Positions 9,460 through 19,982 of a DNA stretch of 63,012 nucleotides are shown here, one piece after another; positions within the stretch are counted from its first letter, which is position 1; every line of letters begins with the position of its first letter. The notes beneath the pieces were generated by a model. That model was not told the DNA's origin. It did not search any database and was given only the letters and a program-made list of their open reading frames with translations. A program made the position numbers and the translations under genes. Source of the DNA: Alphaproteobacteria bacterium. Lineage in GTDB: Bacteria > Pseudomonadota > Alphaproteobacteria > Rs-D84. The stretch lies in assembly GCA_017618175.1 (NCBI GenBank), contig JAFZUT010000006.1:1-63012 (forward strand). The letters are read 5' to 3'.

Positions 9460-9544
9460 GCGGATATGGCGGAATTGGTAGACGCTCAGCACTAAGGATG
9501 CTGTGGAGAAATCCGTGGGGGTTCAAGTCCCCCTATCCGCACCA
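9460..9544 (+). tRNA. tRNA-Leu, anticodon AAG
   Basis: Acceptor stem GCGGATA/TATCCGC, anticodon stem CAGCA/TGCTG with loop CT-AAG-GA, long variable arm, GGTTCAAGTCC T-arm, encoded CCA. Confidence 0.92.
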
Positions 9545-9616
9545 AGAATTATCACATTTGGCGCATTTTCTGCTTGCCCGAAAAATCAAAATTTTGCTAA
9601 CCTGTATGCGAAAGGG

Positions 9617-12430
9617 ATGAAGAATCTTAGACTGCTTTTTGGTGTATGCCTTGGCGTGCTTGCCCTGCGTGGCGCGCATGGCGCGGATTACGATGAAATT
9701 GCGCGCGCCGCATCACGCACGACCGCAACAAATGTTTCAACATCTGCCCCATCGCGCGGTGCAAACACAATAACCCAATCACAAAAATCATCCGCCACGG
9801 CAACAACGCGTTCGGGTGCAACAAATGCGCGTACGGCAATCGCACCTGTGGCGGCCGAACCGCGCAGTGCAACAAAAAACGTCGCCGCACGCACCACAAC
9901 CACAACAACCGTTGCACCACGCGTAACCACCGCCACACGTTCAACCGACACATCGGTAACGGCGCGCACCACCCGGCCAACCACGACGGCACGCAGTGCG
10001 ACAAAATCACGCAACGCAACACCCGTTGCGCGGTCTGGGGCGCGCACATCATCCGCACGCGCGGCGCGCACGGTGTCACGTGCGGCCACGAACGAATCGC
10101 CGGTATTGAACACGAACTATACCCGTTGCCGTGAAATTTATTACGAATGTATGGATGAATTCTGCGCAAACAAGGACGCAAATCTGCGCCGCTGTGCATG
10201 CTCGTCCCGGGCGAACGAATTTGAAAACACGAAAAAAAATCTTTCCAATTTTGAAGACAAAATGTTGGAATTTAACCAACGATTATTACTGGTGAATTTA
10301 GATGCCGAAGATGTCGATGCCATAAACCAATCGACCGCGGGCGAAGATGCGTTCTATGCAACCAAAGACAAAACCAAATCTAAACAGGCGTTGGACGACA
10401 TCGCCAAGAAATTGAACACAACATTTGGCGACGACGGTTTTGGGACATCACTTGCGCCGATATCGTTGTCGTTGAACATAGATTCTGCATTTGACACGGT
10501 CGATTCGTTTATGGGTTCGGACACGACGGCCAAATCTGGCACGGCATTGTATAATGCGGCAATTCCAATTTGCCGTGAAACCGCACTGGAGGTTTGTACC
10601 GAAGACGAATTATCTTTGGCAATCGGCGGATATTTAATGTTAATGGAACAAGATTGCAACACCGTGCAAAAGGCATACCAGGCCCAGGCCGATGCCGCCC
10701 GCACCAAAGTATTCGAATCGGGCGCACTGCTTGATATGTCGCGCCTTGACGCGTATCAAACCCGCAACGCAGACGATATTTTGACATGCAAACGCAAAAT
10801 GATGGAAATGTTAACCAACACCACGGTTTGCGGCGCAAATATGGAAAAGTGCCTTGATATGACGGGCAAATATATCGACCCAACAACCGGCGCGGCTTTC
10901 TTGACCGCGAACCTTTCGGATTTGGGTTCGCTGATTACCCGGCCCGATGCAAATCAGTCTTGGACATCGGCAAACGGCGCCGGCAAATTTATAACATATT
11001 TGAAAAATAAAAAGCAATTCTTGGCGCCGGCTATGGAAAATTGCCAAGACATCGCAGACACGGTTTGGGACGCGTTTATCGAAGACGCATTGGCGCAAAT
11101 CAAATTGGCCCAAGATGCCAAATTGGAAGAAATACGCCAGGCATGCACCACATTAACGACCGAATGTTTAACATCGGCCAACGATTCGATTGGGGAATTT
11201 GATTCGCGTGCATTATCGGTATTTGGGGTGGCGGCGAATCGCACCGTTAACGCAATGTGCGCCGATGTCCGCAATTCTTGCACGGCGTTGATGGGCGCGA
11301 CCGGCGACACGTCTTGGGAATCCGGTGTATCTGCAATTGCCACCGCCACCACGTATGACAGTATTATAACCAGTTGCACCCAGGTTGGCCGCAATTGCAT
11401 CATACAATCTTGCCGGTCGATTTCCGGGAACTTTGATTTGTGCGATGACCCGATTTTCTCGCCAAATCGGCACGCGATATTGGAACGCACGGCATGCTGG
11501 CCCGAAGTGTTGTCCTGTGTCGCGGCGGCCGGGAATGATGCAGTGTTGGCGATTATGGAATCTTTGGGTAAAGATCCGGATGACACTTTCTATCGTGATT
11601 TATACGGCAATAATGCGACACCAATTCACGATATATGCGCCAACAATTATTGCACAACCGATGCAGAATGCGCCACATGCCGCATTGCCGAACGCATCTG
11701 GGGCAATTGCGAGGCCGCACCCACCGACACCATTGGCGGCACCGGCAATGGCCACAATCGTGTATGGATGCCGCGCACAAAAAACGATACATTATTGTCT
11801 TGGTTTGCGATAAACACCGGCACCGCCGCATCCAATGGCACATCCAGTGATGACCGCAGTTGTGTCAACACCCGTTGCACATCGGACGCGTATTATCCGG
11901 GCTATATTGGCCCAGAGCCAGAAAATCAAATCTGTATCCCGGACGGCGACCAAAGCGGTAATATAACCGACGACGGCCTGTATTGCCCGATTGATCCCGG
12001 CAACCAAATGCGAATAATGAATGGCCTGACCAATTGTTGTTATAATCGGTCGGACAACGGTTGGGGGCACACACCGCTGAGTGAAAACGCATGCTGTGAA
12101 ACCGGCAACGTCATTGATGGCATCTGTATGCCAGAAGATGAAACAAAATACAAAAAAACGGCTCAAAGGGGCAACGACGGACCAATCATCGTATGCATCG
12201 GCAACGAAACTGTTAGTGGTTCAAACAACCCATTAAAGGTTAATTGTTCTGGTACATTTATACAAATCGACCCGGACAACAAATACACCGAACATCAAAA
12301 GACCGGTACCGGCCAAAGCGGCCCCCAATATACCCCTCGTATGGTTTATTATCTGATTGGCGACGACGCCCACAACGAGCCACAAACCACAACCGGAACC
12401 GATGCATGGTTTATACGATATGACGAGTAG
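9617..12430 (+). CDS. Large secreted protein with Thr/Arg/Ala-rich N-region and Cys-rich domains
   Basis: Start moved to ATG 9617 (after AAGGG RBS, clear of the tRNA); signal peptide; many Cys residues. Confidence 0.75.
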   Translation: MKNLRLLFGVCLGVLALRGAHGADYDEIARAASRTTATNVSTSAPSRGANTITQSQKSSATATTRSGATNARTAIAPVAAEPRSATKNVAARTTTTTTVAPRVTTATRSTDTSVTARTTRPTTTARSATKSRNATPVARSGARTSSARAARTVSRAATNESPVLNTNYTRCREIYYECMDEFCANKDANLRRCACSSRANEFENTKKNLSNFEDKMLEFNQRLLLVNLDAEDVDAINQSTAGEDAFYATKDKTKSKQALDDIAKKLNTTFGDDGFGTSLAPISLSLNIDSAFDTVDSFMGSDTTAKSGTALYNAAIPICRETALEVCTEDELSLAIGGYLMLMEQDCNTVQKAYQAQADAARTKVFESGALLDMSRLDAYQTRNADDILTCKRKMMEMLTNTTVCGANMEKCLDMTGKYIDPTTGAAFLTANLSDLGSLITRPDANQSWTSANGAGKFITYLKNKKQFLAPAMENCQDIADTVWDAFIEDALAQIKLAQDAKLEEIRQACTTLTTECLTSANDSIGEFDSRALSVFGVAANRTVNAMCADVRNSCTALMGATGDTSWESGVSAIATATTYDSIITSCTQVGRNCIIQSCRSISGNFDLCDDPIFSPNRHAILERTACWPEVLSCVAAAGNDAVLAIMESLGKDPDDTFYRDLYGNNATPIHDICANNYCTTDAECATCRIAERIWGNCEAAPTDTIGGTGNGHNRVWMPRTKNDTLLSWFAINTGTAASNGTSSDDRSCVNTRCTSDAYYPGYIGPEPENQICIPDGDQSGNITDDGLYCPIDPGNQMRIMNGLTNCCYNRSDNGWGHTPLSENACCETGNVIDGICMPEDETKYKKTAQRGNDGPIIVCIGNETVSGSNNPLKVNCSGTFIQIDPDNKYTEHQKTGTGQSGPQYTPRMVYYLIGDDAHNEPQTTTGTDAWFIRYDE

Positions 12431-12504
12431 TCCCGGCGCAAGACCTTGACAAAACAATATTTTTTACTATAATGTACTTGAACAGAACAAAAGGGGGGCA
12501 ACCC

Positions 12505-12951
12505 ATGAAATTCAAACATAAATACAATATTGGCAAAACATTGTCATTGGCGGGTCTAATGATGCTGGCAACCGCATGCAATAAAGAGCGTGATGTTATA
12601 ATTGATTGGGAATGGGGGTCGGGACTTGACGCGACCACACAAAAGGAAATTATAAGAAAAGAAATTAATAAAAAAAATGTTAATATGATATTTCTGGATT
12701 TTGGTGAACAAAATTTAACAGATTGGTATCCGGCCGCTTTTCACAGGGCTCGTGATACCTTACAAACATGCCTTGATATGGCTCCGGGTCGAATTCACGG
12801 TATGGGAACGATATACGTAAGCTCGCAAGATGGCGCGCACCTGCCAGATGTCACCGCAAGATTTCCATGTGGCATGGGATTGGAAGACAGCCTTTGGTAC
12901 ACCGCAAACGGTTGGAAAGTCCAACGTCTTCATCCAGAATGGATAAAATAA
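12505..12951 (+). CDS. Putative lipoprotein
   Basis: Lipobox LATAC; AAGGGGG RBS; TTGACA-17-TACTAT/TATAAT promoter-like sequence upstream. Confidence 0.65.
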   Translation: MKFKHKYNIGKTLSLAGLMMLATACNKERDVIIDWEWGSGLDATTQKEIIRKEINKKNVNMIFLDFGEQNLTDWYPAAFHRARDTLQTCLDMAPGRIHGMGTIYVSSQDGAHLPDVTARFPCGMGLEDSLWYTANGWKVQRLHPEWIK

Positions 12952-13025
12952 AAAATTTATCATAAAGGGCGTTCTAACGCCTTTTATTATTGAAACAAAA
13001 ATTTTTATATGATAACTTTGAAACT

Positions 13026-14000
13026 ATGAGAATGTTTCTACTTTTTATATTATTGCTTTGTCCTATAGCGACCAATGCTGTGGTAACGCCGGAGTACTGT
13101 GCCGATTTTACATATACTCCTGATACATGCAAAAATACGGCTGGTTGTCGCTATAACGATACTCTAAGAGAATGCACACAATGCCCTGAGGGTACATACT
13201 GTCCCAATAACCATAACAATCAACCACAGAATTGCCCCCAACCATCATTTTCCCAATCCGATAAAGGTTCAACATCTCCGGAAGAATGTTTTCAAAGCCC
13301 GATAACCTGCAAAAAAGCCGATGATTCTAATGACACCCAATGTCGCCACTATAACAACACCACCGACCCGTACAGATGCGGTGATAACCACGATATTTCC
13401 GCACATATGGAAGGTACACAGTGTTATTATAACACACGAAACTGTGACAAATTTGGTACACCAAGTGGGTGCAACGGTGGCACCGTTACCGGCCAGGCCC
13501 TGTGGGCGACAGAAGATGAAGAATGGTACATTAACGGAAATATATATTATTGTCAATGCGAACAAGGAAACGTGGAATATCCAACCGCTTCCTGTACTGC
13601 AACCGTCGTAAAAAGACCAACATCGGGCAACCCGACATCTGCAAACGCATCCATCACATATGGTAACGTATCATCATATTACTGTACACAATGTCCACCG
13701 GGTTATTATGTCCACATTGAAAATGGTTTTTTGCCGACAACAAATTGTACCGGTGGCAATACCGTGTGTGTATGTGATATCGCTAACCCAGGTCATTACA
13801 GCACCGGCTGCGGACCATTTAGTAACAACATAACAAACCATGCCTTTTGTCCATATCAAGACTGTCCATTTGGACAAACAAGCCCAGAGGGCGCAACCGC
13901 GATAACAGATTGTAATTATGCATCACAAACACAATTCTGTGATGCCAAGGGATGTTTTACCTTGGGCACCGATGCCACAAATTGGCGTGCATTATATTAA
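13026..14000 (+). CDS. Secreted Cys-rich repeat protein
   Basis: Signal peptide; repeated CTQCPxGxY and CPxGQTSxxGA-like motifs. Confidence 0.7.
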   Translation: MRMFLLFILLLCPIATNAVVTPEYCADFTYTPDTCKNTAGCRYNDTLRECTQCPEGTYCPNNHNNQPQNCPQPSFSQSDKGSTSPEECFQSPITCKKADDSNDTQCRHYNNTTDPYRCGDNHDISAHMEGTQCYYNTRNCDKFGTPSGCNGGTVTGQALWATEDEEWYINGNIYYCQCEQGNVEYPTASCTATVVKRPTSGNPTSANASITYGNVSSYYCTQCPPGYYVHIENGFLPTTNCTGGNTVCVCDIANPGHYSTGCGPFSNNITNHAFCPYQDCPFGQTSPEGATAITDCNYASQTQFCDAKGCFTLGTDATNWRALY

Positions 14001-14521
14001 CCCACCAATTTTATTTCATCTAATGTTTTTTCTATTGTTGACATTTGGTCATCGGTGAAACGGCCCAAAACCCAATCCGCCGCATCAATCGGCAACCCCA
14101 GATTCCGTGGGTGGTCAATTCCAATCCGTATGCGTGTATATTCCGCGCCAACATTTGCATCGATGGACTTTATTCCGTTGTGACCGGCACTGCCGCCGCC
14201 GACCTTGGTGCGCATATCGCCCAATTTCAAATCCATATCGTCATGAATTACAAATAAATTTTCAATTGGAATCTTGTAAAAATCCATTATTGCGCGCACT
14301 GCGCGGCCACTGTCGTTCATAAATGTTTGTGGCATCGCAAATATCACGCGCCGCCCGTCCACATTTGTGGCAAATGTTTTTGCAAACAATTCCCCGCGCC
14401 AATGCGCATCGACCCCCGCCAAATGTTTTACCGCCATAAATCCAACATTATGACGTGTGCGTTCGTATTCGGTCCCGGGATTCCCCAGGCCAACAATTAA
14501 AATCGGTTTATTTTCTTGCAT
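13997..14521 (-). CDS. pth: Peptidyl-tRNA hydrolase
   Basis: VGLGNPG, TRHNVGF, HDDMD and GHNGIKS motifs. Confidence 0.96.
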   Translation of the reverse strand: MQENKPILIVGLGNPGTEYERTRHNVGFMAVKHLAGVDAHWRGELFAKTFATNVDGRRVIFAMPQTFMNDSGRAVRAIMDFYKIPIENLFVIHDDMDLKLGDMRTKVGGGSAGHNGIKSIDANVGAEYTRIRIGIDHPRNLGLPIDAADWVLGRFTDDQMSTIEKTLDEIKLVG

Positions 14522-14567
14522 ATGTTTTTCTCTTTTTTTATTATATTATCATACAAAGGAGCAAAAG

Positions 14568-15107
14568 ATGAAGTTAAAAACATCAATTATTTTATGTGCC
14601 GCCGCAATGACCACAACTGTGCCCGCATTCGCAAACCCGGTTTGGGATTTATATGTTGGTGCAACAATTGGCGCCGGCGCAGAAACTGTATTTGCCGATG
14701 ATAAAAATGAAACCAATGCCGCGCAGTCTTTTGGCGGAATGTTCGGGGTTGACCTGCCGGCGTTTCGGGTCGAGGCCGAATATAATTACCTTAGCGAGAC
14801 AGATTTGCACGCGCACCTTGGGATGTTAAATGCGTATTTCAAAATGCCGTCCACGGTTATTAAACCGTACCTGGGGCTGGGTGTGGGGTTGATGTTTGGG
14901 GGCGAAAACGAAAAGGCCCATGTCGATTTCGATACAACCGCCGCATACCAAGGTATGTTGGGTGTGACCTTTGACCCGACCGCATTACCGTTCAAATTTG
15001 ATATCGAAGGTCGCGCAATCTATATGCCGGATGTGTACAAGGTCGCCGATATTCAACCGGACATTTTGCATTACGAAGCGCGCATCAAAATCCGCTATAT
15101 ATTCTAA
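14568..15107 (+). CDS. Small outer-membrane beta-barrel protein (OmpA-TM/opacity-like)
   Basis: Signal peptide, RVEAEY, KPYLGLGVG, terminal RYIF. Confidence 0.75.
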   Translation: MKLKTSIILCAAAMTTTVPAFANPVWDLYVGATIGAGAETVFADDKNETNAAQSFGGMFGVDLPAFRVEAEYNYLSETDLHAHLGMLNAYFKMPSTVIKPYLGLGVGLMFGGENEKAHVDFDTTAAYQGMLGVTFDPTALPFKFDIEGRAIYMPDVYKVADIQPDILHYEARIKIRYIF

Positions 15108-15151
15108 ATTAAACGGGGCGGCAACGCCCCAAAATGTTTAATGGGGGCAAT

Positions 15152-17920
15152 ATGCTGACACTGATTGACGGGAATTCAATTTTATTTCGCGCATATTATG
15201 GCGTACACAGCCGCCTAAGCCGAACCGATGGAACGCCGACCGGTGCGGTCTATGCATTTTTGAATATGATGTTGCCGGTGTTCGCCGCCGCCCGCCCCGA
15301 TGACATTTTTGTTTGCGTGTTTGACGCGTCACGGAAAACTTTCCGCCAAGATATTTATCCCGAATACAAAGCGAATCGTGACGAAACGCCCGCCGATTTG
15401 ATTTCTCAATCTGTTATGGTCAGGCGCGGCCTGACCGAAATGGGCGTGCCGGTTCTGTGCATTCCCGGGGTCGAAGCGGATGATGTTATCGCAACATTGG
15501 CCACGCGCGAATGCCGGGTTGCGGACAAGACACGAATTATGACGGGCGACAAAGACCTTATGCAATTGGTGTCTGATTGCATATTCCTGTATGACGGGAT
15601 GAAGCAAAAAACAATCAATCGTGCCGAAGTCATTGAAAAATTTGGCGTACCGCCCGAACGCGTTGTCGATGTGCAATCGTTGATGGGCGATTCATCCGAC
15701 AATGTTCCCGGTGTGCGTGGCATTGGGCCCAAAAAGGCCGCCGAATTGATAAATGAATTCGGGTCACTGGATAACCTGTACGCGCATATTGACGATATTA
15801 AAAACGAACGCACGCGCAATATGTTATTGCTGTCGCGAGAATTGGCGTATATCTCGCGCGATTTAGTGACGTTAAAGCGCGATGTTGATTTGTCGGGATT
15901 AAAACTTTTGCCGTTTCGGTTTAATCGCGCGGCGGCATTGGAATTTGTACGCAATGAATTGGAAAGTAATTCTTTGGTCGAAAAAATATTGCGCACTTTC
16001 CCAGATGCACCCGAAACACCAAAACAACCCGCGTTTAACTTTCCGGGGTCACAATGTCCGGTTGATACGGCGCCACTTGATAATGCGCCCCGCCCCGCCC
16101 CAAAAATGACTTTTGAAAAAATAACAAACGTCAAAGAATTGGAAAAATTTCTGGCAACGATTAAAGACGTTATCGCATTGGACACTGAAACAACGGGTCT
16201 GAATCAAATGACCGACAAAATGGTCGGTATGTCTTTGGCGGTGGACGCGACGCACGGCGTCTATATTCCACTGCGCCATCGCACCGCGGGCGGTGATTTG
16301 TTCGGTGGAACCGAATTGGCACCAAACCAAATTTCTGTGGCGGATTTGTATAAAAAAATCTGGCCGATACTGACCAACAAAAAAATCACCAAGGTCGGTC
16401 ACAATATTAAATTTGACCTGCATATTATGGCAAACGAAGGTTGGGATATTACCAAGATTTCGCCAATCGATGACACAATGCTAATTTCATACGCGTTGCA
16501 TGGAACACTGCATTCACATGGCATGGACGAATTGGCGGTAAAATATTTGAATCATCAAAATATAACCTTTGCTTCATTGTTTCCACCAAAAACACGTGAC
16601 GCAGATATGCACTTTGATGCGTTGCCAATTGATACCGCATATCCGTACGCCGCCGAAGACGCCGCCGTCACAATGGCATTGTACAAACACATGCGGCCAG
16701 AGTTGGATGCAAACGAAAAATTGGCGCGGCTTTATGAAAATTGCGACCGACCTTTGATTATGGTTTTAACCATAATGGAACGTGATGGCGTTTTGGTTGA
16801 CCGCGCAAAGTTGAATAAACTGTCGGGTGTGTTTCACGAACAATTGACCAAAATCAGTAACGAAATATTCGAACTTGCCGGACACGAATTTAATGTGGCC
16901 AGTCCCAAGCAATTGGCAACCGTTCTGTTCGATGAAATGCATATGCCAGAAAACAAACGCCGTTCCACGGACGCAGACGCATTAAACGATTTGATTGACC
17001 ATCACCCAATTATTGAAAAGATTTTGAATTGGCGTTCGATTGCGAAATTGGCGGGCACATATGCGGATGCATTGCCACATCAAATTGGTACCGATGGGCG
17101 CATTCACACAACATATTTGCAAACCAGTACGAATACAGGCCGCCTTTCTTCGCGCGACCCGAACCTGCAAAACATTCCGGTCAAAACCGAATTGGGCGAA
17201 GAAATTCGCAAATGCTTTGTCGCGCCCGCGGGCCGTGTACTGATTGCGGCGGATTATTCGCAAATTCAACTTCGTTTGCTTGCGGATGTGGCGGACATTA
17301 AAACATTCAAAGATACTTTTAATGCGGGCGCGGACATTCACGAACAAACTGCGCGTAAAATTTTCAACATTCCGGCATCAACCATTGTTCCACGTGACCT
17401 GCGCCGCGCCGCAAAAACCGTGAACTTTTCAATTATATACGGAATATCTTCGTTCGGTTTGGCGGCACAATTAAATGTACCGCGCAATCGTGCCCAGGAG
17501 ATAATAAATTCATATATGGCGGGATTACCCGAAATAAAAACCTATATTGATGGCGTCAAAAAATTTGCAATCGAAAATGCGTGCGTTTATACCCCATGGG
17601 GCCGCCGCATAGAATTGCCCGAGGCCAAAAATCCCCGTATGCGCGCATACGCAATGCGTGCCGCAATCAACGCACCGATTCAGGGATTCGAAGCCGACCT
17701 TATGCGGTTTGCAATGATAAAAACATTTAATGAAATCGTCACGCCGAATCGCGACAAAATCAAACTGATTATGCAGGTTCACGATGAAATGGTGTTCGAA
17801 TGTGATGAAAAATTGGCCACAAAATTCGCCGAACAAATAAAATCCATTATGGAAAACGTGACGCGGATATCTGTGCCATTGCGTGCAGACTATGTAATCG
17901 CGCCATTTTGGGGTAAATAA
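15152..17920 (+). CDS. polA: DNA polymerase I
   Basis: 5'-3' exonuclease (LIDGNS), 3'-5' exonuclease (LDTETTG), polymerase motifs (ADYSQ, QVHDE). Confidence 0.97.
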   Translation: MLTLIDGNSILFRAYYGVHSRLSRTDGTPTGAVYAFLNMMLPVFAAARPDDIFVCVFDASRKTFRQDIYPEYKANRDETPADLISQSVMVRRGLTEMGVPVLCIPGVEADDVIATLATRECRVADKTRIMTGDKDLMQLVSDCIFLYDGMKQKTINRAEVIEKFGVPPERVVDVQSLMGDSSDNVPGVRGIGPKKAAELINEFGSLDNLYAHIDDIKNERTRNMLLLSRELAYISRDLVTLKRDVDLSGLKLLPFRFNRAAALEFVRNELESNSLVEKILRTFPDAPETPKQPAFNFPGSQCPVDTAPLDNAPRPAPKMTFEKITNVKELEKFLATIKDVIALDTETTGLNQMTDKMVGMSLAVDATHGVYIPLRHRTAGGDLFGGTELAPNQISVADLYKKIWPILTNKKITKVGHNIKFDLHIMANEGWDITKISPIDDTMLISYALHGTLHSHGMDELAVKYLNHQNITFASLFPPKTRDADMHFDALPIDTAYPYAAEDAAVTMALYKHMRPELDANEKLARLYENCDRPLIMVLTIMERDGVLVDRAKLNKLSGVFHEQLTKISNEIFELAGHEFNVASPKQLATVLFDEMHMPENKRRSTDADALNDLIDHHPIIEKILNWRSIAKLAGTYADALPHQIGTDGRIHTTYLQTSTNTGRLSSRDPNLQNIPVKTELGEEIRKCFVAPAGRVLIAADYSQIQLRLLADVADIKTFKDTFNAGADIHEQTARKIFNIPASTIVPRDLRRAAKTVNFSIIYGISSFGLAAQLNVPRNRAQEIINSYMAGLPEIKTYIDGVKKFAIENACVYTPWGRRIELPEAKNPRMRAYAMRAAINAPIQGFEADLMRFAMIKTFNEIVTPNRDKIKLIMQVHDEMVFECDEKLATKFAEQIKSIMENVTRISVPLRADYVIAPFWGK

Positions 17921-17930
17921 AATTCAATAA

Positions 17931-19196
17931 TTACATTTGGATAAATGAACCCGGCTTGTCGACCATTTGCTCGATGGCTTGGTCCAAGATTTTGCGATAT
18001 TCCAAGAACTTCTTTTTGTTTTCCGCATCCAAATTGTTTATCGCCGGCAATTTAACCGTCATAGGATTCACGTGCTTGCCGTCCTTGATAATTTCATAAT
18101 GCAAATGCGGACCGGTGGAAAGTCCCGTTGAGCCAGAATAACCGATAATCTGGCCCTGCTTTACGGTCGTACCGACCTTTACATTTTTAGCGAATTTAGA
18201 CATATGCGCATACAGTGTTTCGAACGAACCATTATGACGAATTCTTATGAAATTACCATGTCCGCGGTTAAATCCACGCGCAACCACACGCCCCGCACCG
18301 GCGGACGGAATTGGCGTTCCGGTTGGTGCACGGAAATCGACACCTTTGTGTGCGCGGGTAAATCCCAAAACGGGATGTTTACGCCGGGTTGAAAAACTGC
18401 TGGTCACTTTGGCGTTATTGATTGGTGTACGCTTCAAAGATTTAATGGCGCCATTTCCATTCGGGTCGTAATAACCAACTGTCTTGTCCGATTTCCGGAA
18501 ACGATACATTTTAACATTTCCGCGCAACGCATCAAAAGAAACCACGACCACAGAGCCATTATCAACCTTTTCCCCATCGCGATAGTTTTCTTCATAAACC
18601 ACCGAAAATTTTTGACCGGCGCGCACGTCACGTTCAAAGTCCATTTCAAACGCCAACAAATCATAAACCTCGGCCAAGATTCCGGCGGGAATATCCGCGC
18701 GCATCCCGGCCAGATAAAAACTGTCCCCATCCAAAATTTCCCCTTGGCGATAAACCAGGCGCGTATCGCGTTCAATATCAACCGCATTGCATTGCCATTT
18801 GCCACCATCGTCACAGGTTAATTCCACACGGCGCCACGGTCCCGGAATAACGGTAATTTTTGACACGGCGGAATTTTCCCCATCACGCACAAATTCAATT
18901 TTATCACGATCCGCCCGCAGGCCGTTTATTCCCGCATCGGTTTTCAACACATTTGCAATTGCGTTTATATCGTTATGGCCCAGACCTTGCTCGCTTAACA
19001 ACTTTGACAAAGTATCACCCGGTGCGACACTGACAACGACGGGTTTGTTGGCCGCCGCAACCACCGTTTTACCGTTATCCATCCGGCGTCCAAAGACCAA
19101 CAATGTCACCACCGCGGCAACGGCCAAAACACCGGCAATCCACAAAACCGCACGGACAAATTTACCAGAGGTAAGAATATTTTTTGCTTTTTCCAT
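17931..19196 (-). CDS. M23 family murein DD-endopeptidase (MepM-like)
   Basis: N-terminal TM helix; HKGVDF and GPHLHYE Zn motifs. Confidence 0.9.
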   Translation of the reverse strand: MEKAKNILTSGKFVRAVLWIAGVLAVAAVVTLLVFGRRMDNGKTVVAAANKPVVVSVAPGDTLSKLLSEQGLGHNDINAIANVLKTDAGINGLRADRDKIEFVRDGENSAVSKITVIPGPWRRVELTCDDGGKWQCNAVDIERDTRLVYRQGEILDGDSFYLAGMRADIPAGILAEVYDLLAFEMDFERDVRAGQKFSVVYEENYRDGEKVDNGSVVVVSFDALRGNVKMYRFRKSDKTVGYYDPNGNGAIKSLKRTPINNAKVTSSFSTRRKHPVLGFTRAHKGVDFRAPTGTPIPSAGAGRVVARGFNRGHGNFIRIRHNGSFETLYAHMSKFAKNVKVGTTVKQGQIIGYSGSTGLSTGPHLHYEIIKDGKHVNPMTVKLPAINNLDAENKKKFLEYRKILDQAIEQMVDKPGSFIQM

Positions 19197-19217
19197 GGGG
19201 CACATTATAATGGTTTT

Positions 19218-19982
19218 ATGACAATAAATCAAGTTTTTGAAATCTTAAAAGATGCCGGTGGCATTCGCGCCGCCCGAATTATCACAGACAATATTAAAAA
19301 TCCATCACGACTGCGCGTTTGGATTATGGCACGCGCCCTGCGCCGCGGCACACCGGTTGCCAAGATTATTCATCAAAAATGGTTCTATGGATTAAAATTT
19401 TATACAAATAAATATACACTGGACCCGCGGCCGGACACCGAAACATTGGTCGCCGCGGTTATTGCGGACAACCCGGCCGCCCCAAAAATTTTGGACATCG
19501 GGACCGGGACAGGATGCATAATAATATCTTTGGTAAAAAATATTTACGGCGCATACGGTGTCGGCGTTGATATCTCACGCAGTGCAATTCGCGTTGCACG
19601 CCGAAATTTGCAAGATTTGGGCGTGGCCGATAAAATAAAAATATGTCGCGCTTCGTTCAACAATCCAAATATGGTGCATGAAAAATTTGATATAATTGTT
19701 TCCAATCCACCATATATTGCACGTGGCGATACGCGTGTTGACACCGGGGCAAAACACGACCCACGTATTGCGCTTTACGCAGACCGGGGCGGCACCGCGA
19801 CATACGAACAAATCGCAAAGAACGCAAAAAATTGGATTAAACCGAACGGCAAAATATATCTTGAAATCGGTGCGGGGCAAATGGCGGCCGTCAAAAAGAT
19901 ATTTGAATCCGCCGGTTGGAAATTCATCCGCGCCGAACACGACCTTGGCAACATAATTCGTGTTTTGGTATTTAATATTTGA
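19218..19982 (+). CDS. prmC: Release factor glutamine methyltransferase
   Basis: PRPDTE, LDIGTGTG and SNPPY motifs. Confidence 0.9.
   Translation: MTINQVFEILKDAGGIRAARIITDNIKNPSRLRVWIMARALRRGTPVAKIIHQKWFYGLKFYTNKYTLDPRPDTETLVAAVIADNPAAPKILDIGTGTGCIIISLVKNIYGAYGVGVDISRSAIRVARRNLQDLGVADKIKICRASFNNPNMVHEKFDIIVSNPPYIARGDTRVDTGAKHDPRIALYADRGGTATYEQIAKNAKNWIKPNGKIYLEIGAGQMAAVKKIFESAGWKFIRAEHDLGNIIRVLVFNI

Noticed and set aside
9503-9616. N-terminal extension of the 975-aa ORF
   Set aside because: It overlaps the tRNA-Leu gene; the better start with RBS and signal peptide is at 9617.
9627-12166. Many antisense or alternative-frame ORFs here and over other long genes
   Set aside because: Shadow ORFs of well-supported genes, with no recognisable motifs.
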